From positions 2,032 through 66,031 of the forward strand of contig CAYYSE010000002.1 in NCBI GenBank assembly GCA_964474105.1: DNA of 64,000 bases, written 5' to 3'. The notes under the pieces were generated by a model. That model was not told the DNA's origin, did no database searches, and saw nothing but the letters and a program-made list of their open reading frames with translations. A program made the position numbers and the translations under genes. Origin of the DNA: an uncultured Coraliomargarita sp. Its GTDB lineage: Bacteria > Verrucomicrobiota > Verrucomicrobiia > Opitutales > Coraliomargaritaceae. Shown here piece by piece: positions 1-10,498 of this stretch. The stretch's first letter is position 1. Every line of letters starts with the position of its first letter.

Positions 1-1
1 C

Positions 2-3000
2 GGCGCGGCGGTCGAGGTATCCTGGACCGTGAGCAATCTCGGGGCGGGTATCACCGGCAACGGGCTCCGCAACGGGACGGTGTCTGCGTGGACGGATCGG
101 GTGGTCTTCTCGACCAATGGTGTCTTGGGCGATGGGGACGATCGACTGCTCGGGGAGGTCGCACGGAGCGGAGCGCTCGACGTGGGCGAATCCTATACGG
201 AAACGTCCGTTTTTAACCTACCTGCGGGAGTCAGCGGCCAAAACGCCATCTTCGTGATCGCCGACATCAATGGGGAAATTTTCGAAGACGAAGATCTGGA
301 GGCCAACGTGGATTCCGGGTTCCTCAGTGTGTCGGCAACGCCCTTCTTTGACTTGATTCCGGTTGCGCTGACAGCCCCTGAGATTGCGACGGCGACTTCG
401 GAAATCACCCTCGATTGGGAGGGGCGAAGCACGGAAAATTCGACTGGTTCCCTTGGCGCAACATGGAGTGATCGTGTTTGGCTGAGCGACGATTCGACCT
501 TTGGTAATGGCGATGACGTTCTGTTGGGCAGTCTTTCCGTCAATCGCAATTTAGAGCCGGGGGAAAGCTATCCGGCATCCGTCGATGTCATCGTCCCCAC
601 GCTTCCCGCAGGCAGTTATAACTTGTTCCTGGAAGTTGACTCGAACGGCAACGTTTTCGAATTCATCTATGAGAATAACAATGTCCTTCCATTTGGAACG
701 ATTGAAATCGCCCAGGTCAATCTGGCGGTCACTAGTTTGAGTTCAGTCGGTGGGTTAATGGTGCCGGGCGATTCCATTGCGACCGACTGGACGGTCTCGA
801 ATCTCGGCAATCTGGCTGCCGGGGCGGGTTGGAGCCTGGCCTTTGATTTTGTGAATCAAGCGAGTGGCGCACGGGTCCGGCTATTGGAACGCGCGAACAT
901 GGCTTCGCTCGCCGGTGGCGCCGCCATAAGCGGGTCGGAAGACTTTATCGTGCCGGTGGGGATCTGGGCCGGTGATTGGAAGGTCGAGGCGGTGGCCGAC
1001 TTTTCGAACCTGGTCGATGAAATCGACGAGACGGATAATTTCGCAAGCGCAACGGAGCAATCGACAGTCGCCAGCTTCATTGCACTCTCGAGTGCGCGAA
1101 ATTATGTCGAAGAAGCCGGGTTTGAATCGGCACTGGAAGTCACCGTGCTGAGAAATTCCGATCCGGGTCTGCCAGTGACGGTGAGCCTTGCGGCGTCACC
1201 CGCCGATGAGGTTTCGATTCCGGTCGAAGTCGTGATTCCAGCCGGACGCTCGACGGCAACCTTCACCGTCCGGGGTGTGCCCGACTTCGAACCCGACGGC
1301 ACCCAGGCGGTGACCATTCGTGCCACCGCTGCGGGGACGCCGGGCGACGAGCTGCACCTTGATGTGCTGGAGGACGACCGTGCTCGTCTCTCGCTCTCCT
1401 TTGACGTATCCGAAGTGATCGAAGGTAACTCGATTTCAGGCACCCTCACCCGATCCGAACCCATTGCTGCGGCCTTGACAGTGAACTTCGCGAGTTCGGC
1501 GGCCGGTCGCTTGAACTTGCCCTTCTCGATCGTAATACCCGCTGGCCAGGCCAGCGTTCCCTTGACGATCCCCACGCTTGATGATGCGGTCGTCCAAGGC
1601 ACCCGTGCGGTGGTGGTTTCGGCTCAGGGAAGTGGCTTCATCAGCGGTTTGGCTTCATTCGATTTGTTTGATGACGATCTGCCGGTTATCGACGCTTATT
1701 TCATGCCGGACGAGGTTTCGGAGAACGATGGAGCAAATGCGAGCTATCTGGTAATCTCGACGGATCGCCCGGTAACGGCTGATTTGAAGCTCAAACTCGT
1801 CAGCTCGGACATCACGGAACTGCGGGTGCCTTCCGAGGTGACGCTTCCGGCCGGCGACGACATGTTAGTCGTGGGTGTGCAAACGGTCGATGACGCCATT
1901 GTGGATGGTGCACAATCCGTCGCGGTGAGTGTGCAGGCACTGGCGAGTGCCAATTCCCTGCCCGTTGGCGATGCCGTCAGTGCAACGCTCTTGGTCGGAG
2001 ATGACGAGGGGCCCTCGCTTGACTTATCGATTAATGCGGAGTTGGTGCAGGAGGGAGTTGCCGGAGCGGCAACCGTCACGGTCACCAGAAACAGCGACCT
2101 TGCGAATGAATTGACTGTCAGCGTGTTCAGTAGCGATGAGCTTGAGATCCTGGCACCGGCTGCGGCGACCATTCCGGCAAACGAAACAAGCGTCAGTTTC
2201 TTTATCGATTCGGTCAATGACGGCGAGGTTGACGGCACCAAGCGAGTCGTCATCTCCGCCTCGGCCAGTGGGTTCGCCGCAGCGCAGGTTTCGCTCTCTG
2301 TGACGGATGACACCATCCCCGACTTGGTGGTGGAGGATTTGCAGGGGCCGACGACGGGTTCGACAAATCAATTCGTGGATCTTACATTTACCTTGCGCAA
2401 CAAAGGATTTGCCCCTCTAGGTGGCCGAATCCTGCAAAAGGTCTATCTGTCTGACGATGATCAGGTCGGCAATGATGAACTGGTCGGCGAGTTCACTGTC
2501 GTCGGCGAGTTGAATCCCCCGCCGGTGCTGGATTTTCTCTCGCGGACGGTGCCGGTCCGGCTGCCAGCCGATGCCGGAGACTATTGGTTTGTGGTGGAAG
2601 CCTTACTCTTGGACGAGGAAAGCGATGCGCTGGTCGGGAATAATATTACGATCAGCGAGTCTCCCGTCGTGATTGCGCCCGACTACAGTGGCACGTTGAA
2701 CATTTCGCTGCCGGTCCCACCCGTTGCGGGCCTGCCGGTGGAATTTTATGGCGAGGCCCGGTTCGCGGGGAGCCAAGCACTGGCCCCCTTCAAACCCGTC
2801 TCAATTTATGTGGCGACGCAAAATACGGAACGGGTCTTTACGGCGATTACCGATCAAAACGGGGCATTCTCTTTTGAATGGACACCCCTAATGGGTGAGG
2901 CTGGCAGCTATGAGGTGTGGGTCAACCACCCCGGGGTCTCATCCGCTCCGCCTGTTTCCGAGCGGATTGCGTTCAATTTGCTCGGACTCTCAGCTCTGGA

Positions 3001-6000
3001 CGAGCCCGCTTATGTCGATTTGGGCACGAACGAATCGGCTTCCGGGGGCGTCGCATTCAAGAACGTCAGTTCGGTCGGGCTGAGTGGCTTGACCGCCAGC
3101 GTCGAAGTACCCGGCTCGGATTATTCGGTCAACGTGAGTCTCGCGGACGGCGCGGCACCAACCCTTGCTCCCGGTGCGACAGTGACACTCGACTATACGG
3201 TCGTCGCGGGTGCGCTAGCTGCGGAAGCGTCGGAAACGGTCCTCGTGCTGGAAACGGCAGAAGGTGTCCGCGCTGAGTATCTCGTCAATGTGCGCGTGCA
3301 GTCGCAGGTGGCCCGTTTGGAACTCGGTGAGGGTGCTTTGATTGCCTCGGTTTTGCGCGGTAGTCGTGAGTTCGTTGAATTCACGGTGACCAACACCGGG
3401 CGTGGGGACAGTGGCGAGTTGAGCTTGTTGACTCCCTCCGGGCTGGCGTGGATCAATGCGGTCACGCCGGTGGTGGGCAACCTCGCTCCCGGTGCGTCGG
3501 CAACGTTCACAATCAGCCTGGCACCGTCGGATACTCAAACTTTAGGGCCGGTTACGGGGCAGCTGGTCCTGGCCGGAGCCAATGGTTCCCAAGCATTGAT
3601 TCCTTTTGAATTTATTGTCACCTCGGGGGCCTTGGGAGATCTCCGGGTTACCGCAATCGACGATTGGACTTTATATTCGGAGGACCGGGGGCCGCTGTTG
3701 GATGCAACCGTGACTTTGCTGAACGCCTTCACCAACCAGCCTGTAGCTGGTTTTCCTGCAACGACGACGGAAGCCGGTTTTGTGGAGTTTGTTGATCTGC
3801 CCGAGGGCTATTACACGGTCCTGGTTTCAGCTCCAGGCCACGATGCCTACCGGAACAGCGTTCTCGTGAAGCCGGGTGTGACCGTCGACTTGGAGGCCTT
3901 CTTGCCGATTCAGGCCGTTCAATACGTGTGGACGGTCGAAGAGATCGAAATTGAGGACAGAACGATTATCACCATTGAAACGGTCTTCGAGACGCAAGTG
4001 CCGGTTCCGGTGCTTACCTTGAGTCATCCTTACATCAGTCTGGCACCGCTGGAGCGCGGAGGCGATTTCATGCAAGTCGACATGGAATTAACCAACCACG
4101 GGTTGATCGCGGTGCAGGGTGCCACCTTTGCCTTCCCCGATCACCCGCTCTATTTGATTGATCCGCTGGTGGAGTCCATTGGTGATATTCCGGCTAACAG
4201 TTCGGTCACCATCCCGGTGTTGATTACCCGTGTTTCGGACGATTGCACGAGCGTGTGCAACCTCAGCGGGGGGGTCAACTGGCACTATACGACGACTCGC
4301 GGCCGGGTTTCCAAGAGCAATCCCATTTTCTTTAAAGACCTCGATTGCTGCGTGCCCGCCCCGGTTCGCGTTCCGTCCGGAGGCGGCGGAGGCGGCGGAG
4401 GCGGCGGAGGCGGCGGAGGCGGCGGAGGCGGAGGCGGCGGCGGTGGCGGCGGTTTCACCGGCGGCAGCGGTGGCACTGTCGGCACCCCTTCATATACGCA
4501 GATTCCCCCGCAGATTGTGACTCAACCTTTTGCGGAGGTTCAGGTGCGTATCCGAATTGAACAGGAAGCGGTGATGACGCGCTCGGCGTTTCGGGCTTCC
4601 CTGGAGTTAATTAACAATCTGGACGCGTCCGAGTTGGACCAGATTCGAGTTGATGTGCAGGTCTTTGACGAAGACGACAATGATGTGACCAACCGGTTCG
4701 GTATTCCCAGCCCGAGCGTTCAAGGGATGGGGGATGTCGGGGGCACGGGATCGTTGGCGGCCCAATCATCCGGGTCCGCAGTCTGGCTTCTGATTCCGAC
4801 CGAAGATGCGGCACCAACAGCTCCGGCTTCCTATCGGGTCGGCGGGCAAATTCAATACACTGTTGATGGGACGACGCTTACGATACCCATTGAACCGGCC
4901 GAGATAACGGTCTATCCGGACGCAGCGCTTTACCTGCGTTATTTCCATCAGCGGGACGTCTTTGGTGATGATCCGTTTACGCCCGGTATCGAACCTTCGA
5001 TCCCCTACAACCTGGCGGTCATGGTCGAAAATCGCGGTTACGGAAAAGCCAAAGCACTCTCCATAACATCGTCACAACCTGAAATAATTGAGAATGAATC
5101 GGGACTTGCCATCGATTTCGAAATAATCGCCGCTCAGTTGGGAGAAGATCCGCTTTCACCCAGTCTGAAGATCACGTTTGGTGACCTTGAGCCGGGGGAA
5201 ATCAAAGTGGGCCGCTGGCTCTTGCAATCGTCGCTGCAAGGTCAATTCGTTGAATACGATGCGACTTTCAGGCATGTGAGCGAGCTGGATGATGAGCGCC
5301 TGTCGATTATTAAAGAGGTGGAAATTCACGAACTCATTCATCTGGTGCGGGATGTCCGGCCAGGAGCCGACGTATATGCGGATTTCCTGGTCAACGACAT
5401 CGAGGACTTTTATGATATGCCGGATACGTTGTATCTGAGTGATGGTTCGGTGGAAGCCGTCGGCGTGGTGCAAAATGCCAGCTTTTCCTCGCCGCCCAGC
5501 CAGACGAACCCGACGGTAACCGTTACGCTGCCGGGTAGCTTGGGGGGCTGGCAGTATGTTCGCCTTCCGGATCCTTCGAATGGTGGTTTGCAGGTCGCTT
5601 CTGTCGTCAGATCTGACGGGCGCCCATTGCTTTTGGGAGAAAATGTCTGGACGACGGATCGCACCTTTGTCGAGGACGGGAACTTTACTCTGGCGGAAAA
5701 CTTGCTGCATTTCATCGACCACGATCCGACGGTAACTTATGAAATCACCTATGTCGTCTCTGGGCCACCGGATACGACGCCGCCGCAGAGCAGTGTCTCG
5801 AGTTTGGACGACGATTCATTCACTGTTTTTCCTGTTGCGTGGTCGGGGACAGACGCAGAGGGGGTCACCGCCTACGATATTTACGTTTCGGTGAACTCGG
5901 GTCCGTTTGAGATCTGGCTGAGCAATACCTCGCTGACGCAAGCACTTTATTTCGGCGAATTGGGAGACCATTACGCATTTTACAGCCGGGCGCGCGACCG

Positions 6001-7654
6001 GGCGGGCAACGTGGAGCCGATACCTGGCGTGGCCGACGCAACGACAACGGTTTCGAAAGTGAATCAAGCGCCGGTTATTCAAAACGCACTTCCTGATATT
6101 TCTCTTTCGGAGGGAGAGGTGTGGACGCTCCCGATCAGTGCAACCGACACAGATGGAGCCGACGACGCTCTTGTTTATTCTCTGCAATCGCCATTGCCCG
6201 ATGGCCTTTCGATAAACTCCGCTTCGGGGCGGATTACGTGGACTCCGCAGGAGGTGCATGGTGGAAATACTTACGATGTCACCGTAACGGTGCGTGATTC
6301 AGGGCAACCCTTCGCCAGCTCGTCTGCAAGCTTTGCAATTTCAGTCATTGAAGAAAACTCTGTTCCCAACCTTACCCAGATTCGCAACCAACTGCTTAAC
6401 GAAGGTGCGCGACTTAGTTTGACTGCGACTGCCAACGATGCCGATTCGCCAAAGCAGGATTTGACCTACAGCTTAGGCACCGATGCGCCAATTGGTGTGA
6501 CGATTGATCCGGTGACGGGGCTACTTGAATGGACACTGCCGGAAGTGGATGCGGATACAACCATGCAAATACCTTATGTTGTCACTGACAATGGTTCACC
6601 CTCCCGTTCAGTGGAGAAATCGTTCAGCGTAACCATTCTCGATACAAGTGCGGCACCGGTGGTGAGCATTGCTTACCCTGCGCTTCCCTATGAGGAGAAT
6701 AGTGGGAACCTTCCGATATTCTCGGATGTTCAGGTCTTTGACCTTGATTCTCCCGATTTCGATGGAGGTGAACTCATCGTCGAAATATCCGGGGGGCTTG
6801 GAGAGAATGACTATCTTGGTTTAGGTGCCGGAGTCCAGATGCTCGACGGTCAATTGTTTATTGGATCTACGAACATCGGTGATTACACAATGACTTCCAG
6901 CCGACTCAGAGTTGAGCTTTCCGTGGGAGCGACCGCTGAGCGTATTGAGACACTTCTTAAAAACGTAATGCTATCGAATGATTCGGACAATCCACTGGTA
7001 GGCCAGCGCATTATTCGAGTGACACTCGATGATGGTGACCGCGGGATCAGTTCGCCTCAGGAGTTGGCGGTGAACGTCTTTGAAGTCAATGACCCGCCCG
7101 AGCTCGGTCCAATCGTATTTTCCGGACTACAGAATCATAGTTTGGCCATACCTTTCGATCACCTGACCGAGCGGGCCACGGATCCGGAAGGCGATTTACC
7201 CGTGATCGCCGAGATTTTGTCCACTGCCGGCGATGCGGTCTCCTTCCGCGGAGGCAGTGTGGCGCTTTCAGCCACGACTTTGTCGCTGGTTTACAGCCCC
7301 CCGACGGCTTTTACAGGAATGGATGAAATACAGATTCAGCTGACGGATTCACGCGGAGGACGTCGCATCGAGACAATCGTCGTGGAGGTGAGCGAAGTTG
7401 ATAACTACGCCTTGCCAAAAATGCTGCCTGCGGCGGCTCCGTTTGGGACGATTTCTTTTGAGGCGGATCTCTTTCCTCTCACGACCTACGAGCTTTGGTA
7501 TTCTCCGACGCTGGCAAATTGGACTAAACTTAGTTCCGTTCAGCCGGATGCCGATGGTGCCGTTCGTATTGAGCAAGCGCTGGTCGAGGATTCGGGATTC
7601 TTTCAGTTGAGACTACCCGACAGCGGGGGCACAATAATAGTCCACCCGGAATAG
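2..7654 (+). CDS. Giant multidomain surface/secreted protein (CARDB-like, Calx-beta-like, Ig/cadherin-like, carboxypeptidase-regulatory-like, Fn3-like repeats); 5'-truncated by the window
   Basis: The frame is open from base 2 (GAAVEVSWTV...), so the real start lies upstream. CARDB-like repeats (W.DRV.LS.D...G.GDD.LLG; DL.V..L), Calx-beta-like units (VTV.RN.D...LTV...SSD..E..VP..V.IPAG), He_PIG/cadherin-like units (NQAPVI..., LP.GLSINSASGRITWTP), acidic Ser/Thr/Val-rich composition and a poly-Gly tract. Confidence 0.85.
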   Translation, partial: GAAVEVSWTVSNLGAGITGNGLRNGTVSAWTDRVVFSTNGVLGDGDDRLLGEVARSGALDVGESYTETSVFNLPAGVSGQNAIFVIADINGEIFEDEDLEANVDSGFLSVSATPFFDLIPVALTAPEIATATSEITLDWEGRSTENSTGSLGATWSDRVWLSDDSTFGNGDDVLLGSLSVNRNLEPGESYPASVDVIVPTLPAGSYNLFLEVDSNGNVFEFIYENNNVLPFGTIEIAQVNLAVTSLSSVGGLMVPGDSIATDWTVSNLGNLAAGAGWSLAFDFVNQASGARVRLLERANMASLAGGAAISGSEDFIVPVGIWAGDWKVEAVADFSNLVDEIDETDNFASATEQSTVASFIALSSARNYVEEAGFESALEVTVLRNSDPGLPVTVSLAASPADEVSIPVEVVIPAGRSTATFTVRGVPDFEPDGTQAVTIRATAAGTPGDELHLDVLEDDRARLSLSFDVSEVIEGNSISGTLTRSEPIAAALTVNFASSAAGRLNLPFSIVIPAGQASVPLTIPTLDDAVVQGTRAVVVSAQGSGFISGLASFDLFDDDLPVIDAYFMPDEVSENDGANASYLVISTDRPVTADLKLKLVSSDITELRVPSEVTLPAGDDMLVVGVQTVDDAIVDGAQSVAVSVQALASANSLPVGDAVSATLLVGDDEGPSLDLSINAELVQEGVAGAATVTVTRNSDLANELTVSVFSSDELEILAPAAATIPANETSVSFFIDSVNDGEVDGTKRVVISASASGFAAAQVSLSVTDDTIPDLVVEDLQGPTTGSTNQFVDLTFTLRNKGFAPLGGRILQKVYLSDDDQVGNDELVGEFTVVGELNPPPVLDFLSRTVPVRLPADAGDYWFVVEALLLDEESDALVGNNITISESPVVIAPDYSGTLNISLPVPPVAGLPVEFYGEARFAGSQALAPFKPVSIYVATQNTERVFTAITDQNGAFSFEWTPLMGEAGSYEVWVNHPGVSSAPPVSERIAFNLLGLSALDEPAYVDLGTNESASGGVAFKNVSSVGLSGLTASVEVPGSDYSVNVSLADGAAPTLAPGATVTLDYTVVAGALAAEASETVLVLETAEGVRAEYLVNVRVQSQVARLELGEGALIASVLRGSREFVEFTVTNTGRGDSGELSLLTPSGLAWINAVTPVVGNLAPGASATFTISLAPSDTQTLGPVTGQLVLAGANGSQALIPFEFIVTSGALGDLRVTAIDDWTLYSEDRGPLLDATVTLLNAFTNQPVAGFPATTTEAGFVEFVDLPEGYYTVLVSAPGHDAYRNSVLVKPGVTVDLEAFLPIQAVQYVWTVEEIEIEDRTIITIETVFETQVPVPVLTLSHPYISLAPLERGGDFMQVDMELTNHGLIAVQGATFAFPDHPLYLIDPLVESIGDIPANSSVTIPVLITRVSDDCTSVCNLSGGVNWHYTTTRGRVSKSNPIFFKDLDCCVPAPVRVPSGGGGGGGGGGGGGGGGGGGGGGGGGFTGGSGGTVGTPSYTQIPPQIVTQPFAEVQVRIRIEQEAVMTRSAFRASLELINNLDASELDQIRVDVQVFDEDDNDVTNRFGIPSPSVQGMGDVGGTGSLAAQSSGSAVWLLIPTEDAAPTAPASYRVGGQIQYTVDGTTLTIPIEPAEITVYPDAALYLRYFHQRDVFGDDPFTPGIEPSIPYNLAVMVENRGYGKAKALSITSSQPEIIENESGLAIDFEIIAAQLGEDPLSPSLKITFGDLEPGEIKVGRWLLQSSLQGQFVEYDATFRHVSELDDERLSIIKEVEIHELIHLVRDVRPGADVYADFLVNDIEDFYDMPDTLYLSDGSVEAVGVVQNASFSSPPSQTNPTVTVTLPGSLGGWQYVRLPDPSNGGLQVASVVRSDGRPLLLGENVWTTDRTFVEDGNFTLAENLLHFIDHDPTVTYEITYVVSGPPDTTPPQSSVSSLDDDSFTVFPVAWSGTDAEGVTAYDIYVSVNSGPFEIWLSNTSLTQALYFGELGDHYAFYSRARDRAGNVEPIPGVADATTTVSKVNQAPVIQNALPDISLSEGEVWTLPISATDTDGADDALVYSLQSPLPDGLSINSASGRITWTPQEVHGGNTYDVTVTVRDSGQPFASSSASFAISVIEENSVPNLTQIRNQLLNEGARLSLTATANDADSPKQDLTYSLGTDAPIGVTIDPVTGLLEWTLPEVDADTTMQIPYVVTDNGSPSRSVEKSFSVTILDTSAAPVVSIAYPALPYEENSGNLPIFSDVQVFDLDSPDFDGGELIVEISGGLGENDYLGLGAGVQMLDGQLFIGSTNIGDYTMTSSRLRVELSVGATAERIETLLKNVMLSNDSDNPLVGQRIIRVTLDDGDRGISSPQELAVNVFEVNDPPELGPIVFSGLQNHSLAIPFDHLTERATDPEGDLPVIAEILSTAGDAVSFRGGSVALSATTLSLVYSPPTAFTGMDEIQIQLTDSRGGRRIETIVVEVSEVDNYALPKMLPAAAPFGTISFEADLFPLTTYELWYSPTLANWTKLSSVQPDADGAVRIEQALVEDSGFFQLRLPDSGGTIIVHPE
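4379..4453 (+). repeat. In-frame Gly-codon microsatellite: (GGAGGCGGC)x5 plus further GGN codons, encoding 25 consecutive Gly
   Basis: Read directly: gga ggc ggc five times, then gga ggc gga ggc ggc ggc ggt ggc ggc ggt. Confidence 0.97.
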
Positions 7655-7815
7655 TTTGTGAGCCAAAAACCGGGGCATTCCACCTAGCAAACGCTAAACT
7701 GTTCACTCGATGGGATATCCGCTGATGCTCGACTCGCATGAGTATGACTCGCGGGATATTCGAACTGATTCATTTTTATCTTTATTCTTTGGGATGCTCT
7801 GCTCCTATCAATCAC

Positions 7816-8980
7816 ATGAACTTGATCACACCTGACGTCCGTTCCCAAATTAACGAAATTATCCGCCGCGCAGGGCATATTTGGAGGTATCTTTGACGGC
7901 GCGACCAAGCTAAAGCAAATTGCCGAGCTGGAAGCGAGGATGTCTGAAGCGGCCTTCTGGGAGAACCAGGTGGCCGCGCAAAAGGTTATTGCCGAGGCCA
8001 ACCGACTCAAGGCGATGGTGCATCCGGTCCACGTATTTCAGGGCGAACTGGATGATCTCGCCGCGTTGCTGGAACTGGTGGATGAGATGCCACCTGGCGA
8101 TGCGGATGCCGCAACTTACCAGCAGGAAGTGATCGATGCCCTGGCCCGGCTGGCACCAAAGCTGGAACAACTGGAGCTGGCTTCCTTCCTGAGTGGCCCA
8201 AATGACGGCTGCAATGCCTTCCTGACCATTAACTCCGGGGCTGGGGGCACGGAGAGCTGCGACTGGGCCGACATGTTGCTGCGGATGTATAGCCGTTGGG
8301 CCGAGGGGGCCGGATTCAAGGTTGAAGTGCTCGATCTTGCTCCGGGGGAAGAGGCCGGTATCAGCTCCGCCACAATTCGGATCGAGGGGGCCAACGCCTT
8401 CGGCTACGCCAAGGCGGAACGCGGGGTGCACCGGCTCGTTCGTATCAGTCCGTTTGACTCCAATGCCCGGCGGCATACGTCTTTTTGCTCTGTGGACGTG
8501 ATTGCCGAAGTGGATGATGATGTGGATATCGAGATCGATGAGGGCGATATCCGGACCGATGTGTACCGTGCCAGCGGCAAGGGCGGTCAGCACGTCAACC
8601 GGACGGAATCGGCGGTGCGCCTGACCCACATCCCGACCGGGATCGTGGTGACCTGCCAAAACGACCGCTCCCAGATTAAGAACAAAGCCACCGCGATGAA
8701 GACCCTCAAGTCGCGTCTCTACGAAAAACGGGAGGATGAAAAACGCAGCGAGATGGAACGCTTCTACGGCGAAAAGGGTGATATCGCCTGGGGCAATCAA
8801 ATCCGTTCCTATGTTTTTCAGCCTTACCAAATGGTTAAAGACCTCCGCACCGGGGTCGAGACAGGGAACGTGCAGGCGGTCATGGATGGCGAGCTTGACC
8901 CCTTTATTCACGCCTGGCTGCGTGCCGGTGGCCCCACCAGCCGCAAGGCGGCAGGTGACCGGGAGTTTGGCGATGAGTGA
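7816..8980 (+). CDS. prfB: Peptide chain release factor 2, with +1 programmed frameshift after codon 26
   Basis: ATG 7816 opens [26 protein letters not shown], ending at CTT TGA C (7891-7897). The +1 frame from GAC 7895 continues in frame with the 7940..8980 ORF, which carries SPF (RISPFD) and GGQ (GKGGQHVN). Confidence 0.97.
7883..7897 (+). promoter_or_regulatory. RF2 autoregulatory frameshift cassette (internal SD plus slippery CTT-TGA-C)
   Basis: The sequence GGAGGTATCTTTGAC matches the canonical prfB shift site. Confidence 0.96.
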
Positions 8981-10400
8981 TGATAAACAGAGTTCTGGCT
9001 TGGGTTACGCCCAGGCCTGCCAGGCCTTGTCCAACCAGAGCCTGTTTAAAGATAAGACCTGGCGCCTCTCGCCGCAGGCCTTCCCATTGACGGCGCGGCA
9101 GGTCGAAACGATCCGCTGCATCGGGCAGGCCTGCTACGAATTTCACCGGGCGCTGGAAACACTCTACCTGCGTTCGGTTGAGGGGAAGAACTTGCTCCGT
9201 AACCGCGACCTTGCCGCACCCTGGGTGGCGGAATATCTCGACCGGGGCAAGCCGCAGGCACTCGTTGAACATGCGCGGGAAAAAGCCCTCCGCGGCACCA
9301 CGCCGTTGGTCCTGCGGCCCGATTTACTCATCACTGATGAGGGCTTTGCCCTGACCGAGATCGACTCCGTGCCCGGCGGGATCGGGCTGACCGCCTTTCT
9401 CAATCGTCTCTACGCAGGCGTCCATGGTGAGGCGCTGATTGGTGCGGGGGAGCAAGACATGGTGGAGGCTTTTTACCGGGTCTTGTGCTCCAGGGCACCC
9501 ACGCAATCGGCGCCCTACATCGCGATTCTGGTGAGCGACGAAGCCGCCACTTACCGGCCCGAGATGGAATGGCTGGCCTCGCAACTGCGCCAGCGCGGGC
9601 GGCGCGTCTTTGTCTTTCACCCGGATGAAGTCATGCCGCTGGGTGATAGCATCTGTGTTGACTGCGACGGAGACCCACAGCAAGTGGATGTGATTTACCG
9701 CTTCTGGGAACTCTTTGATCTGGCCAATGTTTCCATCTCGGAATTTTTGCTCAAGGCCCGGCTCGAAGCCCAGCTGAGTTTGACGCCGCCCATGCGGCAC
9801 TTCCAGGAGGAGAAACTCGCTTTGGCGCTCTTCCATCACCACATTTTGGAGGATTACTGGCAGGAAGCACTCTCCCGTGATTCCTACAAGACGCTGAAAC
9901 AAATCATCCCCCGAACCTGGATTATGGACCCCGTCGAACTGCCTCCCAATGCCGTGCTGGATGCACCTTTCATCGGAGGCAAACCGATCTACGACTGGTA
10001 TCAATTGGCAGAGGCAGGCAAAAAAGAGCGCAATTTGATCATAAAAATCAGCGGGTTTCACGAAAGCGCATGGGGCGCCCGCAGTGTGACGCTGGGCAGT
10101 GACAGCTCCCGCGATGAATGGGAGCAAGCCATCCAGCAGGCCATTACTATGGCGGAAACCTCCCTGCACATTTTGCAAGTGTATCAAAAGCCGACGCGCC
10201 TCAGTCATCCCGTTTACCGCGAAGACGGCAGCAGCTACATGATGCAGGGGCGAGTGCGGCTGTGCCCATACTATTTTGTCGATGAGCGGAATCAATCCGC
10301 AGACCTGCACGGCATTCTGGCCACATTCTGCCCCGCCGACAAAAAAATCATCCACGGCATGAAGGACGCCGCGCTCATGCCCTGCGTCCGGACCGACTGA
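8973..10400 (+). CDS. Glutathionylspermidine-synthase-like / circularly permuted ATP-grasp amide ligase of unknown substrate
   Basis: ATG 8973 (MSDDKQ) follows GGGAG and overlaps the prfB stop by 8 nt. Motifs [40 protein letters not shown] and LQVYQKP resemble the metal/ATP-binding motifs of GspS-type ATP-grasp enzymes. Confidence 0.6.
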   Translation: MSDDKQSSGLGYAQACQALSNQSLFKDKTWRLSPQAFPLTARQVETIRCIGQACYEFHRALETLYLRSVEGKNLLRNRDLAAPWVAEYLDRGKPQALVEHAREKALRGTTPLVLRPDLLITDEGFALTEIDSVPGGIGLTAFLNRLYAGVHGEALIGAGEQDMVEAFYRVLCSRAPTQSAPYIAILVSDEAATYRPEMEWLASQLRQRGRRVFVFHPDEVMPLGDSICVDCDGDPQQVDVIYRFWELFDLANVSISEFLLKARLEAQLSLTPPMRHFQEEKLALALFHHHILEDYWQEALSRDSYKTLKQIIPRTWIMDPVELPPNAVLDAPFIGGKPIYDWYQLAEAGKKERNLIIKISGFHESAWGARSVTLGSDSSRDEWEQAIQQAITMAETSLHILQVYQKPTRLSHPVYREDGSSYMMQGRVRLCPYYFVDERNQSADLHGILATFCPADKKIIHGMKDAALMPCVRTD

Positions 10401-10498
10401 TGAATGCAAAGTAGGACCAATCATTCAGAAATCTGATATCGCACTCTAATTTAACAACCTGATAATAAATATAGGGTTGACTGCAAGGGTTTGCTGGT

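Noticed and set aside
4230-4560. Poly-Pro, poly-Arg and AEA-repeat small ORFs
   Set aside because: These are other reading frames of the poly-Gly microsatellite.
10401-10498. IS200/IS605-type end hairpins or REPs flanking the RAYT gene
   Set aside because: Only 4-6 bp stems, and no matching structure on the right flank (11615-11815).
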